Numbered from the stretch's first letter, positions 25,636 through 36,057 are shown. The stretch is DNA of 64,000 bases from Actinomycetes bacterium (GCA_029547745.1 JAKPOQ010000004.1:2737-66736); one strand, 5' to 3'. Notes: generated from the letters alone by a model not told the origin. A program made the numbers and translations.

Positions 25636-27774
25636 GTGGGAACCTGGGTCTCTGAAAACGCGGTGCTGGTCGCGGTCCTCTGCGCCCTCGTCGCCGTCGT
25701 CTACGGCGTGGTGCTGATCCGCTGGCTGTTGGCGCTGCCGACAGGCGACGACAAGATGCGCTCGGTCGCCGGTGCGGTCCAGGAGGGCGCCAAGGCGTAC
25801 CTGGACCGCCAGTACCGGACCATCGCGATGGTCGGCGCGGGCGTGTTCGTGATCCTGTTACTGGCCATGGGCTTCGGGAAGGACTGGACCTACGGATGGC
25901 ATGTGGCCGTCGGGTTCGTCGTCGGCGCCGCTCTCTCGGCGGCGGCCGGCTACATCGGCATGATGGTCAGCGTGCGCGTCAACGTGCGCACCGCCGAGGC
26001 GGCCAAGCAGGGCCTGGGGCCGGCGCTCAAGGTCGCCTTCCGCGGCGGCTCGGTCACCGGCATGCTCGTGGTCGGCCTCGCCCTGCTCGGCGTCGCCGTC
26101 TACTACGGGATCACAGGCGACGTCGCCGCCCTCGTCGGGCTCGGCTTCGGCGGCAGCCTCATCAGCGTGTTCGCCCGGGTCGGCGGCGGTATCTACACCA
26201 AGGCCGCCGACGTCGGCGCCGACCTGGTCGGCAAGGTCGAAGCCGGCATCCCCGAAGACGACCCGCGCAACCCCGGCGTGATCGCCGACAACGTCGGCGA
26301 CAACGTCGGCGACTGCGCGGGCATGGCCGCCGACCTCTTCGAGACGTACGCCGTCACGGCCGTCGCTGCCATGCTCCTCGCCTTCCTCACGTTCCGCACG
26401 AACGTGGCCCTCACGGGCGTCGGCGACGGCCTGCTGATGCACATCGACGCCGACGTCGTGTACAAGCCGGCGGTGCTCTACCCGCTGGTCCTCGGTGGCG
26501 TGTCGATCATCGCCAGCGTCATCGGCACGTTCTTCGTCCGCCTCGGCGGGTCCAACAACATCATGAACGCCCTCTACAAGGGTCTCGCTGCGGCGGCGGT
26601 CATCGCCGTCGTGCTCTTCTACCCGGTGACCAGCTGGATGCTGGGCGATGCCCCCGAGGCGTTCGGCATCCCGAGCGTCGGCCGGCTCTTCTTTGCCGCC
26701 GTCACCGGCATCATCGTGACCGCCCTCATCGTCGTCATCACCGAGTACTTCACGGCGACCCGCTACAGCCCGGTCAAGAGCATCGCCGCCTCGAGCGTCA
26801 CCGGCCACGCGACGAACATCATCCAGGGTCTGGCCGTGGGCATGCAGGCCACAGCCCTGCCCGTGATCGTCATCGCCGCCGGCATCCTCGTCACCTATGA
26901 GCTGGCCGGCCTGTACGGTATCGCCGTCGCGGTGATGGCGATGCTCTCCATGACCGGCATCGTCGTCGCCATCGACGCGTACGGGCCGATCACCGACAAC
27001 GCCGGCGGTATCGCCGAGATGGCCGACCTGCCGGACGAGGTCCGCGCCACCACCGACCCGCTCGACGCGGTCGGCAACACGACCAAGGCCATCACCAAGG
27101 GCTACGCGATCGGCTCCGCCGGCTTCGCCGCCCTCATCCTCTTCGTGTCGTACACCAAGGACCTGCAGGCGCACTTCCTCGAGAAGTACGACTTCCAGGG
27201 CGCCCTCTCGTTCATGATCGACAACCCGTGGGTACTCGCCGGACTCTTCCTCGGCGGCCTGCTGCCGTACCTCTTCGGCTCGCTTTGCATGAAGGCCGTG
27301 GGCAAGGCCGGCGGCATGGTGGTCGAGGAGGTGCGTCGCCAGTTCCGCGAGATCCCCGGCATCATGGAGGGCACGGCGAAGCCCGACTACGGGCGCGCCG
27401 TCGATATCGTCACCAGGTCGGCCATCCGCCAGATGATGCTCCCGGCGGCCATTCCGGTGCTCACGCCGATCATCGTCGGCCTGGCCTTCCGCCAGAACGG
27501 CTACCTCATGCTGGGCGGCGTCCTCATGGGGACGATCGTCACCGGTATCTTCATCGCCATCTCGATGACGTCCGGCGGCGGCGCCTGGGACAACGCCAAG
27601 AAGCTCATCGAGGACGGTCTGTACGGCGGTAAGGGTTCCGATGCCCACGCGGCGGCGGTCACCGGCGACACGGTCGGCGACCCCTACAAGGACACCGCCG
27701 GGCCGGCGATCAACCCGATGATCAAGGTCATCAACATCGTCGCCCTGCTGGTCATCCCGTTCCTGATCAAGTAG
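25636..27774 (+). CDS. hppA: Membrane-bound proton/sodium-translocating pyrophosphatase
   Basis: 712 aa, about 16 TM segments. H+-PPase signature [21 protein letters not shown]. Confidence 0.9.
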   Translation: MGTWVSENAVLVAVLCALVAVVYGVVLIRWLLALPTGDDKMRSVAGAVQEGAKAYLDRQYRTIAMVGAGVFVILLLAMGFGKDWTYGWHVAVGFVVGAALSAAAGYIGMMVSVRVNVRTAEAAKQGLGPALKVAFRGGSVTGMLVVGLALLGVAVYYGITGDVAALVGLGFGGSLISVFARVGGGIYTKAADVGADLVGKVEAGIPEDDPRNPGVIADNVGDNVGDCAGMAADLFETYAVTAVAAMLLAFLTFRTNVALTGVGDGLLMHIDADVVYKPAVLYPLVLGGVSIIASVIGTFFVRLGGSNNIMNALYKGLAAAAVIAVVLFYPVTSWMLGDAPEAFGIPSVGRLFFAAVTGIIVTALIVVITEYFTATRYSPVKSIAASSVTGHATNIIQGLAVGMQATALPVIVIAAGILVTYELAGLYGIAVAVMAMLSMTGIVVAIDAYGPITDNAGGIAEMADLPDEVRATTDPLDAVGNTTKAITKGYAIGSAGFAALILFVSYTKDLQAHFLEKYDFQGALSFMIDNPWVLAGLFLGGLLPYLFGSLCMKAVGKAGGMVVEEVRRQFREIPGIMEGTAKPDYGRAVDIVTRSAIRQMMLPAAIPVLTPIIVGLAFRQNGYLMLGGVLMGTIVTGIFIAISMTSGGGAWDNAKKLIEDGLYGGKGSDAHAAAVTGDTVGDPYKDTAGPAINPMIKVINIVALLVIPFLIK

Positions 27775-27935
27775 CGGCGGCGGTCTCCGGGGTCCGCCGC
27801 TGAGCGAGGGGCCCGAGACCAGTCCACCGGCGGGGCGAGGGGCCGGGCGGGCGGCGCCGAAAGGCGCCGCCCGCCCCGCCCGCTGAGTAACGGGGCGGGG
27901 GCCGCGGCGCGTCAGCGCCGCGGCCCCCGCCCCGT
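27775..27935. repeat. Array of three near-perfect GC-rich hairpins after hppA, with a repeated CTGAG-N3-4-GGGGC linker motif
   Basis: Stems are GCGGCGG/CCGCCGC at 27775..27801, 14-bp with a GAAA loop at 27845..27876, and 19-bp with a GTCA loop at 27892..27933. They are candidate terminators or REP-like elements. Coordinates were read from the printed sequence. Confidence 0.5.
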
Positions 27936-28008
27936 GGTTGTGCGGGGTGAGGGCCGGTGCTACATTCGCCCCTCAGGCCGGCGCCCACGGCGCCGGCCGC
28001 CCTCCTTA

Positions 28009-28170
28009 ATGATGCGCAGGACTGGACAGATCTTCGCCGCCGTGTTCATCGTGCTCGGCGCGCTCCTTGTGATCAGGGGCCTTTGGAACGGGGTATGGCC
28101 GGTGTCCCTGCAACTCATCGCAGGCGCCGCCCTGATCGTGTACGGGGTGCTGCGTCTGAGGGTGCTCTGA
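28009..28170 (+). CDS. Small two-TM membrane protein, probably translationally coupled to the downstream permease
   Basis: The tail of track ORF 27934..28170 from MMRRTGQIFAAVFIVLGALLVIRG. The stop is 1 nt before the GTG start of the permease. There is no clear SD. Confidence 0.35.
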   Translation: MMRRTGQIFAAVFIVLGALLVIRGLWNGVWPVSLQLIAGAALIVYGVLRLRVL

Positions 28171-28171
28171 G

Positions 28172-30367
28172 GTGGCGCGTCGCAAGCTCAGGGAGGGCCA
28201 GGGCCTGAAGCGGGTGCTGGGCGTCCCGGCGCTCTTCAGCACCGCCTACGGCAACGTCGGCTCGTCCATCTACTACGCGCTCGGTGTCGTCGCCCTCTGG
28301 GCTCTCGGTGTCACGCCGCTCGTCTTCTTCTTGACCGGCCTGCTCTTCTGCACCACGGCGTGGTCGTACGCCGAGGCGACAGCGATGGTGCCCGAAGCAG
28401 GGGGCTCGTCCAGTTTCGCCCGCCGGGCGTTCAACGAGTTCGTGAGTTTCGGCGCCGGCTGGGCGTTGATGCTGGACTACATCGTGACGGTCGCCATCTC
28501 CGCCTTCTTCGTGCCCAACTACCTCGCCGTCTTCGTACCGGCGCTCAAGACGCAGCCCTACAACGCCATCGGCGGCATCGTGACCATCGCCGCCCTCGTC
28601 GCGATCAACGTCATCGGCATAAAGGAAGCCGCGCGCCTGAACATCGTCCTCGCGCTTCTCGATCTCGGCACGCAGGTGCTGCTGATGGCGATCGGCGTCG
28701 TCCTTTTGCTTCAACCCAGGATGCTCATCGAGCAGATCGAGTGGGGCAGCGTGCCCACGTGGTCACACCTGATCTACGGCGTCTCTATCGGCACGATCGC
28801 CTACACGGGCATCGAGACCGTGTCGAACATGGCGGAAGAGGCGGCCAACCCCGACCGCGATGTGCCCCGCGCGATCAACTATGTCCTCATCGCGGTGCTC
28901 GGCGTGTATCTGGGCATCTCCATGACGGCCCTGTCCGCCATGCCGGTAAGGGCCAACGTCCTGCCGGTCGACCCTCGCACGGGCAAGACGGTGGCGGTCG
29001 AGGTCGTCGCCAAGGACGACCATGAACCGAACGGTCCCTTCGTGTTCGCGGGTACTCCGCCGCCCGGCAACGACGGCGCCGATGTCTACGTTCCAGCGGA
29101 GCAGCGGGGCGGCCGGTGGTTCACCCAGCCGTCGGAGCCGACCGGGGACGTGTACCGTGAGGGCGGCAAGGAGTACACGAAGATGTACGGGTCTCTGCTC
29201 GGGAGCGTGTATGCGGAGGACCCCGTCGTCGGTATCGTGCGTTTCATGCCCGAGAGCGTCTCGTGGCTCAAGGCGATCCTCATGCCATGGGTCGGCATCC
29301 TTGCCGCGACCATACTTCTCATTGCCACCAATGCCGGTCTCATCGGAGTGTCGCGCCTCGCGTACTCCCTCGGCCAGCACCGGCAGGTGCCCGCCGTCCT
29401 CGGGCGTGTGCACCCGCAACGCATGACGCCGTATGTCGCGACCATCGTCTTCGGCGTCATCGCCTGCCTGCTGCTCATGTTGCCCGGCGACACCATCACG
29501 CTGCTCGCCGACCTCTACGCGTTCGGCGCGATGATCTCGTTCACCGTGGCGCACGTGTCGGTCGTCTGGCTTCGCCACAAAGAGCCCATGACACTGCGCC
29601 CCTTCCGCACCCCGATCAACTTCACGGTGCGTGACTACTCGGTCCCGGTGCTCGCGGTCGTCGGCGGCCTCGGCACGTTCACCGTGTGGTGTGTGGTCGT
29701 GGCCACCCATCCGATGGGCCGCCTCATCGGCTTCTCGTGGATGGCGGCCGGTATCGCCATGTACGTCGCCTATCGGCGGGTGAACGGCTACTCGTTGACG
29801 CGGACCGTCGAGAAGGTCGTGGTGCCGGAGTCGATGCAGGAGGACATCGTCTACGACCAGATCCTCGTCCCCATCACCGGCACCAGGATCAGCGACGAGA
29901 TGATGGTGCTCGCATGTCAGCTCGCGACCGAGAAGAACTCGTCGATCGACGCCCTGTACGTGATCGAGGTGCCGATGAATCTTCCCCTCGATGCCCCTCT
30001 GGTCGAGGAGCGCGCGCGGGCGGAACGGGTCCTGAGCGCCGCCCGCGTCATCGCCTCGCAGTTCAAGGTCAAGCTCAACCCGGTGATCGTGACCACACGT
30101 AACACCGGGCGCGCGATCGTGGAAGAGGCTCAGAAGCGGCGCTCCGAGGTCATCATCATGGGGACGGCGCGCAAACGGCGCATCGCCGACCGCGTGTTCG
30201 GCAGCACGGTCGACTACGTGCTGCGGAACGCCCCGTGCGAAGTGCTGGTCAACCTAGTGCCGCGCGGCTATCCGACCGAGGGCTCCGGCGACGAGGATGA
30301 CCTCGCAGCACGCGGCGACGAGGATGACCAGCCGACCCCAGGCGCCTTCCCCTCCATGCCGGACTGA
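28172..30367 (+). CDS. APC-superfamily amino-acid permease (12 TM) fused to tandem C-terminal universal stress protein (UspA) domains
   Basis: 731 aa. APC N-terminus (GVPALFSTAYGNVGSSIYYALG). The C-terminal 250 aa has two USP-like units (ILVPITGTRISDEMMVLACQLA...; VIIMGTARKRRIADRVFGSTVDYVLRNAPCEVLV). Confidence 0.85.
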   Translation: MARRKLREGQGLKRVLGVPALFSTAYGNVGSSIYYALGVVALWALGVTPLVFFLTGLLFCTTAWSYAEATAMVPEAGGSSSFARRAFNEFVSFGAGWALMLDYIVTVAISAFFVPNYLAVFVPALKTQPYNAIGGIVTIAALVAINVIGIKEAARLNIVLALLDLGTQVLLMAIGVVLLLQPRMLIEQIEWGSVPTWSHLIYGVSIGTIAYTGIETVSNMAEEAANPDRDVPRAINYVLIAVLGVYLGISMTALSAMPVRANVLPVDPRTGKTVAVEVVAKDDHEPNGPFVFAGTPPPGNDGADVYVPAEQRGGRWFTQPSEPTGDVYREGGKEYTKMYGSLLGSVYAEDPVVGIVRFMPESVSWLKAILMPWVGILAATILLIATNAGLIGVSRLAYSLGQHRQVPAVLGRVHPQRMTPYVATIVFGVIACLLLMLPGDTITLLADLYAFGAMISFTVAHVSVVWLRHKEPMTLRPFRTPINFTVRDYSVPVLAVVGGLGTFTVWCVVVATHPMGRLIGFSWMAAGIAMYVAYRRVNGYSLTRTVEKVVVPESMQEDIVYDQILVPITGTRISDEMMVLACQLATEKNSSIDALYVIEVPMNLPLDAPLVEERARAERVLSAARVIASQFKVKLNPVIVTTRNTGRAIVEEAQKRRSEVIIMGTARKRRIADRVFGSTVDYVLRNAPCEVLVNLVPRGYPTEGSGDEDDLAARGDEDDQPTPGAFPSMPD

Positions 30368-30462
30368 TATCATCGCGTCGTCACCTGACGGGGTGACGAG
30401 CGGCTGCTGCCGTGGCACCGGCGCCCTGACGGTCGTTCCAGCCGCGTCGGGGCGGTCATGCC

Positions 30463-32721
30463 ATGGCGCGACGCAAACACAGAGAAGGCGAGGGCTTGCA
30501 CAAGGTCCTCGGAGTGCCGGCCCTCTTCAGCACGGCCTACGGCAACGTCGGCTCGTCGATCTACTACGCCCTCGGTGTGGTCGCCGCCTCGGCTCTCGGC
30601 GCTACGCCCCTGGTCTTCGTCCTCACGGGCCTCCTCTTCGTGACCACGGCCTGGACGTACGCTGAGGCTACTGCGGCGATGCCCGAGGCGGGCGGCGCGT
30701 CCAGCTTCGCCCGCCGCGCCTTCAACGAGTTCGTGAGCTTCGGTATCGGCTGGGGCCAGATGCTCGTCTATACGGCGACGATCGCCATCTCCGCTCTGTT
30801 CGTGCCCCACTACCTCTCGGTCTTCATCCCCTTGCTCAAAGAATGGCCGTACAACGCTATCGGCGGCATCGCTGTGGCGGTGGTCCTGATCGTCGTCAAC
30901 GTGATCGGCATCAAGGAGGCCGCGAACCTGAACATCGCCCTCGCCGTCCTCGACCTCGCGACACAGGTCCTGATCGTGGTCATCGCCGTCGTCCTGCTGC
31001 TCGAGCCGCGCGTCCTCATCGAGCAGATCGAGTGGGGTGTGGCGCCGACCTGGAAGGAGTTCCTCTACGGTCTTGCCATGGGCACGGTGGCGTATACGGG
31101 GATCGAGACCGTATCGAACATGGCCGAGGAAGCCACCTCTCCGGGACGTGACGTGCCACGGGCGATCAACTACGTGATCCTGGCCATTCTCGTCGTCTAC
31201 ATCGGCATGCCGCTCGCGGGCCTTTCGGTGATGAAGGTGGGTGCGAACACGGTCCCCGTCGATCCGGTGAGCGGCTTGACCGTCCCGGTCGAGGTGCTGC
31301 CCGGTGAACCGGAGGGGACCTGGGTACTGGCCGACGACCCATCGATGACGGTCTACGTGCCCGTCGAGGAGGTCGGGGACAAGCACGTCATCCCGGCACA
31401 GGAGCCGACAGGTCAGGTGGAGGCAGTCGACGGGGAGCTGGTGACCCGTCTCTACGGGAGCCAGCTCGGCAGCAACTACATGGAAGATCCGGTCCTCGGC
31501 ATCGTCCGCTTCATGCCCGACAGTGTCGGCTGGCTGCGCACCATCCTCGCGCCATGGGTCGGTGTCCTGGCGGCGACGATCCTCGTGATCGGGGCCAACG
31601 CGGGACTGATCGGCGTTTCGCGCCTCACATATTCGCTGGGGCAACACCGCCAGCTTCCGCCCGTTCTCGGGCATGTGCACCCGAAGCGCCTGACGCCGTA
31701 CGTGTCGATCATCGTCTTCGGTCTCGCAGCCTGTGCCTTGATGGTGCCCGGCAGCACCAAGCTGCTCACGAACCTCTACATCTTCGGGTCGATGATCTCG
31801 TTCACGGCCGCCCACCTGTCGGTCGTCGTCCTGCGCGTCAAGGAGCCGGGCCTCGAACGCCCGTGGCGTCCGCCGCTGAACGTCCGCTGGGGTACGACAT
31901 CGCTGCCGCTGACGGCGATCGTCGGTGCTCTGGGGACGTTCTCCGTCTGGATAGTGATCGTCGTGTTCCAGGGTGCGAGCCGATACATCGCCTTCGGATG
32001 GCTCGCCGTGGGGTTGGTCATGTACGTGGCCTACCGTCGGGCCAAGGGCTACTCGTTGACCCAGACGGTAGCGAGGGTCGTGATACCGGAGGCCATGCGG
32101 GCCGACATCGACTACGACCAGATCCTTGTCCCGATAGTCGGCAGTCGGATCACCGACGAGATGGTCGTGCTGGCCTGTCAGCTCGCCAACGAGAAGGGCT
32201 CGTCGATCGACGCCCTGTATGTGATCGAGGTGCCGATGAACCTCCCTCTCGACGCTCCGCTCGTCGAAGAGCGCAAGCGCGCGGAGGAGGTGCTGCAGCG
32301 CGCGATGACGCTGGCGAACGAGTTCAAGGTCAAGATGAACCCGATCATCATCACCGCACGGTCGGCGGGTCGGGCGATCGTCCAGCAGGCGATCGAGCGG
32401 CGCTCGGAGGTCATCATCCTCGGGGTGATGAAGAAACGCCGCTTCACGGAGCGGGCGTTCGGAAGCACGACCGACTACGTGATCGAGCATGCTCCCTGCG
32501 AGGTGATCGTGAACATCGTGCCACCCACGGGCGTGTACGAGTCGGAGGCGAGGGCGCCGCGGCGTGTCGGCGGGCCGCGCGGAGGGTGGTTGCCGCCCGA
32601 CGGTGGGGAGGAGCCCGGCGAAGAGCCGTCGGGGACAGGGACGGCTCCGGCGCGCGACGGCGTTTCCGGGCGGGTGGAGGGTAGCCCGCCAGATGAGGCG
32701 GAGGGTGGCCGGGCGCAGTGA
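30463..32721 (+). CDS. APC amino-acid permease/USP fusion, tandem paralog of 28172..30367
   Basis: 752 aa, about 70% identical to the upstream gene over the full length, with the same domain order. Confidence 0.85.
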   Translation: MARRKHREGEGLHKVLGVPALFSTAYGNVGSSIYYALGVVAASALGATPLVFVLTGLLFVTTAWTYAEATAAMPEAGGASSFARRAFNEFVSFGIGWGQMLVYTATIAISALFVPHYLSVFIPLLKEWPYNAIGGIAVAVVLIVVNVIGIKEAANLNIALAVLDLATQVLIVVIAVVLLLEPRVLIEQIEWGVAPTWKEFLYGLAMGTVAYTGIETVSNMAEEATSPGRDVPRAINYVILAILVVYIGMPLAGLSVMKVGANTVPVDPVSGLTVPVEVLPGEPEGTWVLADDPSMTVYVPVEEVGDKHVIPAQEPTGQVEAVDGELVTRLYGSQLGSNYMEDPVLGIVRFMPDSVGWLRTILAPWVGVLAATILVIGANAGLIGVSRLTYSLGQHRQLPPVLGHVHPKRLTPYVSIIVFGLAACALMVPGSTKLLTNLYIFGSMISFTAAHLSVVVLRVKEPGLERPWRPPLNVRWGTTSLPLTAIVGALGTFSVWIVIVVFQGASRYIAFGWLAVGLVMYVAYRRAKGYSLTQTVARVVIPEAMRADIDYDQILVPIVGSRITDEMVVLACQLANEKGSSIDALYVIEVPMNLPLDAPLVEERKRAEEVLQRAMTLANEFKVKMNPIIITARSAGRAIVQQAIERRSEVIILGVMKKRRFTERAFGSTTDYVIEHAPCEVIVNIVPPTGVYESEARAPRRVGGPRGGWLPPDGGEEPGEEPSGTGTAPARDGVSGRVEGSPPDEAEGGRAQ

Positions 32722-32891
32722 CTTCCCGGGGCGTCGATCGACGTCGGACCGGGACCGGCCGCACCAGCAGACTGTCGCGCGGTTGCCAGGCGGCGCATCC
32801 GGAGTATGCTCACGCGGAAGGGGCGCCGTCGCTTGCGACGGCGCCCGATACTGGGCCGGCGGTCCCGCACCGCCGAAGAAGGTGGCTGAGG

Positions 32892-33311
32892 ATGCATGTG
32901 GTGATCGTGGGCTGCGGCCGCGTCGGCTCCAGTGTCGCGCTGTCACTGGTCGCGGACGGATGGTCCGTCGCCGTCGTCGACGACAGGAGCGAGTCGTTCT
33001 ACCTGCTGGGCGAGGACTTCCCCGGTCAGTTCGTTGAAGGCAAGGCGCTCGACTGGGACGTGCTGCGGGCTGCCGGCATCGAGCACGCCGACGCCGTGGT
33101 CACGGCGACCGACGGCGACAACACCAACATCGTGGTCGCCCAGGTGGCGCAGAAGAAGTTCGGGGTCAGTTGCGTCGTCGCGCGCGTCTACGACCCGCTG
33201 CGCGCCGAGCTCTTCGCCCAGACGGGCATCCGGACCGTGTGCCCCACCAAGGACACCCGCGGGCTCATGCTCGAGGCCGTCCGGTCCTGCGAGCTTCCCA
33301 CGGAGGCCTGA
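32892..33311 (+). CDS. TrkA-N (RCK N-terminal, NAD-binding) domain protein
   Basis: Start MHVVIVGCGRVGSSVA (Rossmann GxGxxG). About 139 aa, in frame in track ORF 32718..33311. Confidence 0.75.
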   Translation: MHVVIVGCGRVGSSVALSLVADGWSVAVVDDRSESFYLLGEDFPGQFVEGKALDWDVLRAAGIEHADAVVTATDGDNTNIVVAQVAQKKFGVSCVVARVYDPLRAELFAQTGIRTVCPTKDTRGLMLEAVRSCELPTEA

Positions 33312-33313
33312 GG

Positions 33314-34024
33314 ATGTTCGTGCTCATCGTCGGCGCCGGCAAGGTCGGTCTCAACACGGCGCGGCAGTTGCAGCAGATGGGCCATGAAGTCGCCGTCATC
33401 GAACGGCGGCGGACCCGGTACGACCGGTTGGTCGACGAGCTCGAAGAGTCCCTCATCTTCGGCGACGGTACCGAGATGTGGGTGCTCGAGAAGGCGGGGA
33501 TCGCGCGCGCCGACATGGTCGTCGCCGTGACAGGGGATGACGAGGACAACGTCATCATCGCCCAGATCGCGAAACTGAAGTTCGCGACGCCCAAGGTGGT
33601 GGCGCGTGTCAACAACCCGTTCAACCAGCCCATGTTCGACCTGCTCGGCATCGACGCGACGGTGTGCGCTACGACCACCATGCTGCGTCTCATCTTGCAC
33701 GAGCTGCCGGTGCACAAGTTCGTACCCCTGTTCTCGCTGCGCCGCGAGAACCTCGAGGTCGTGGAGCTTGAGGTGAGCGAGAACTCGCCGTTCGCGAACG
33801 TCTACGTCCAGGACATCGCCCTTCCCGAAGGCGTGCTTCTCGCGGCGATCATCCGTGCCGGTCACGCGCTCCCGGCGCGCGGCTCGTCAGAGATCCTTCC
33901 CGGCGACTATGTGCTCTGCGTCCTTCCGCGGGCGAAGGGGAGAGAGCTCATCAAGGTGTTCCTGCCCGAGGAGTCGGCCGAAGAGCTCGAAAAGGAGTCG
34001 GAGCTCGACACGTCGGAAGGCTGA
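33314..34024 (+). CDS. trkA: TrkA/KtrA-like RCK protein (TrkA-N + TrkA-C)
   Basis: Start MFVLIVGAGKVGLNTA. An RCK_C region follows (LEVVELEVSENSPFANVYVQDI...). Confidence 0.8.
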   Translation: MFVLIVGAGKVGLNTARQLQQMGHEVAVIERRRTRYDRLVDELEESLIFGDGTEMWVLEKAGIARADMVVAVTGDDEDNVIIAQIAKLKFATPKVVARVNNPFNQPMFDLLGIDATVCATTTMLRLILHELPVHKFVPLFSLRRENLEVVELEVSENSPFANVYVQDIALPEGVLLAAIIRAGHALPARGSSEILPGDYVLCVLPRAKGRELIKVFLPEESAEELEKESELDTSEG

Positions 34025-34086
34025 GGCTGGTCGGTTGACCTCACCCGGCCCCCGCCGCTAGCATCTTCCTGCTCCGCCGCGCGCTC

Positions 34087-34162
34087 CACGCACGGTGGCG
34101 AGGTAGCTCAGTCGGTAGAGCACATGACTGAAAATCATGGTGTCGGCAGTTCGATTCTGCCC
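34087..34162 (+). tRNA. tRNA-Phe (anticodon GAA)
   Basis: A cloverleaf was read directly. Acceptor GGCGAGG/CCTCGCC, D-arm GCTC/GAGC, anticodon arm CATGA-CTGAAAA-TCATG, T-arm GGCAG-TTCGATT-CTGCC, discriminator A and encoded CCA. Confidence 0.9.
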
Positions 34163-34504
34163 CTCGCCACCAGCTTCTTTTCGCCTGCCTTTGCCCTCCG
34201 TCTCCAGCTTGCCCCTCGATGCGGCTGTGTCGTCTGCGTCATGCGGACGGGTGCTCGGAGTCGCCCCGCCCGCCTCATCGGCCACGCCGACGCGCCCGGT
34301 GTCAGGGATGTGAGGACCAGGGGGGACCGCGGCATCCCCGTCGCCAGGTCCGTGCCTCCGCGTCATGGGCGTCTTGGCGTCTCTGGGATGCCGCGCCGGG
34401 CAGCCTAAACGACCCTTCGCACACAACTCGGGACACTACTCTCGCTCAAGCGGCGTCGGGCGTTCGCCGATGCATGCCGCGATGAGGTCGCGAAGGGGGA
34501 GACG

Positions 34505-34804
34505 ATGATCCGACACCGGCTGCTGAGGCTGCGGCATGGTCACGAGAACGTGGGGTTCCTGTCCGCATGTCTCACGGTCGAAGACCCGCCCGAGAACCGC
34601 GATTGGCTGCTCAGTGTGGAATCGCCCTCTCCGCTCGACCTGTTCCGCGAGTTCCTCGTCCGCGGCGTCCCGATGTCCGTCAACATGGTCACGCGTGACG
34701 GCGACACCTTCCGCGGTGAGGCGTACGTGTCGAGTCTGAGCGAGGCTGCGCGCGGGACGAGCCTGGTCGCCCTCGCCGGAGCCGGCCCGCTGCGACCGTC
34801 CTGA
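34505..34804 (+). CDS. Hypothetical 99-aa protein
   Basis: Strong SD AAGGGGGAG 6 nt before the ATG. No recognisable domain. Confidence 0.4.
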   Translation: MIRHRLLRLRHGHENVGFLSACLTVEDPPENRDWLLSVESPSPLDLFREFLVRGVPMSVNMVTRDGDTFRGEAYVSSLSEAARGTSLVALAGAGPLRPS

Positions 34805-34924
34805 CGGCGCGCGGAGCGGCGGGCGGCTTCGTAGCTGCTGCGATCCACCGGCCGTGCGCGCTGCGCACGGACCGGGCCGGACGTGTGCGCTGCGCGGACG
34901 TCGGCTCGGCGCCGTCCGCGCCGT

Positions 34925-35239
34925 TCAGGCGCTCGCGAACACCTCGTCGCCGACCAGCTCGCGTACGCGCAACATGTCGAAGACGCCGCGGACCTGAGGT
35001 GGGAGGTCGCGGGCGGACACTGCCACGCCCTGACTGCGCAGGTCGAGGCAGAGGCGCACGAAGACCCCGGTGCCCGACGAGTCGATGAACTTGACGTCGG
35101 CGAAGTCGATGGTCACGTTCCGGGCGCCACGGGCGGCTTCAGCGACAGCGGCGCGAAGGACGTCGGCGGAGTCGAGGTCGACCTCGCCGGAGAGACGGAC
35201 GGTGGGCGCCGGACCCAAGGTCGTTGTCGTCTGGAGCAT
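34925..35239 (-). CDS. STAS-domain anti-sigma-factor antagonist (SpoIIAA/RsbV-like)
   Basis: 104 aa, starting at MLQTTTTLGP (tail of track ORF 34925..36157). The conserved phosphorylatable Ser lies in FIDSSGTG. Confidence 0.75.
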   Translation of the reverse strand: MLQTTTTLGPAPTVRLSGEVDLDSADVLRAAVAEAARGARNVTIDFADVKFIDSSGTGVFVRLCLDLRSQGVAVSARDLPPQVRGVFDMLRVRELVGDEVFASA

Positions 35240-35241
35240 CT

Positions 35242-36057
35242 TCACCTGCCTCGCATGTTCATGTGGTCGAGCAATAACGTCGTGCCGGACTCTCCGGTGT
35301 GGAGGCCTACTGCGTCGAGGTTGTCGAAGATCATCTTCAGGCCGTAGCCCATTGATACCCGCCATTCTCCCCGCGGCGGCTCTATCCAATTGGTGAACTG
35401 GAGTCCCGGACCGTGGTCCACGACGACGGTGCGCAGACGATCGTCGAGCCGTCGCAGACACAGTGTACCGCCGCCTCCGCCATGGAGCAGCATGTTGCTG
35501 GCGGCCTCGGAGATGCACAGGATGTAGCGGGCGCGCGCCGTGGCGTCGAGGCCGCCCTCTTGCAGGGCGGCCTCGATCGTGGCGCGCGCCCGAGCGAGGT
35601 CCGCCGCGGCTCCGAGCTGCGCCGCCGCGAGGGGTACGCCGCGGTCGCGTTCCGCGGCCATCTCGGTCGCACTGAGGATGCGGAGCCTCGCACAAGCGAC
35701 CGCGGCGGCGAGGTCGCTCAGGATCTCGTTGAGGCCGCGGCGGTGGTCGCCATGGTGGCGGCGCCAGCCGTTGGTGCTGATCCCCAAGATGTCGCACCAG
35801 CCGTCCTGAGGGACGAAGCACAGTTGGTCGGCGTGGACGCGGCCTGCCAGGACCACGGTGTAGGCCATGAACTTGCGGCTGCGCAGCGCCTCGACCGCAT
35901 GCCTCGCGAGGTCTTCGGAGGAGACGCCGAAGTCGCACGGACCGATGAGATCGTGCAGCGCGGCCGTACTCACCACGTAGCGACAGACCTGCAGGGTCGC
36001 GATCTGACGCTCGCCTGGGGTGGCGGCGCTCCCATGCGCTGCGGTCACAGCGGCCAT
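35242..36057 (-). CDS. RsbW/SpoIIAB-like GHKL Ser-kinase/anti-sigma factor with an N-terminal extension of unknown function
   Basis: 271 aa. The C-terminal half has ATPase motifs (EAASNMLLHGGGGG, DHGPGL). The stop abuts the STAS start. Confidence 0.6.
   Translation of the reverse strand: MAAVTAAHGSAATPGERQIATLQVCRYVVSTAALHDLIGPCDFGVSSEDLARHAVEALRSRKFMAYTVVLAGRVHADQLCFVPQDGWCDILGISTNGWRRHHGDHRRGLNEILSDLAAAVACARLRILSATEMAAERDRGVPLAAAQLGAAADLARARATIEAALQEGGLDATARARYILCISEAASNMLLHGGGGGTLCLRRLDDRLRTVVVDHGPGLQFTNWIEPPRGEWRVSMGYGLKMIFDNLDAVGLHTGESGTTLLLDHMNMRGR

Noticed and set aside
25858-27648. 596-aa minus-strand ORF inside hppA
   Set aside because: Shadow of the pyrophosphatase gene (R/G/D-rich, no TM pattern).
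30370-32946. 858-aa minus-strand ORF spanning the second APC-USP gene
   Set aside because: Antisense shadow; the extreme Arg/Pro/His content is not protein-like.
34163-34925. Integrated mobile element at the tRNA-Phe 3' end
   Set aside because: No integrase, excisionase or att-like duplicate of the tRNA 3' end is visible within the window.
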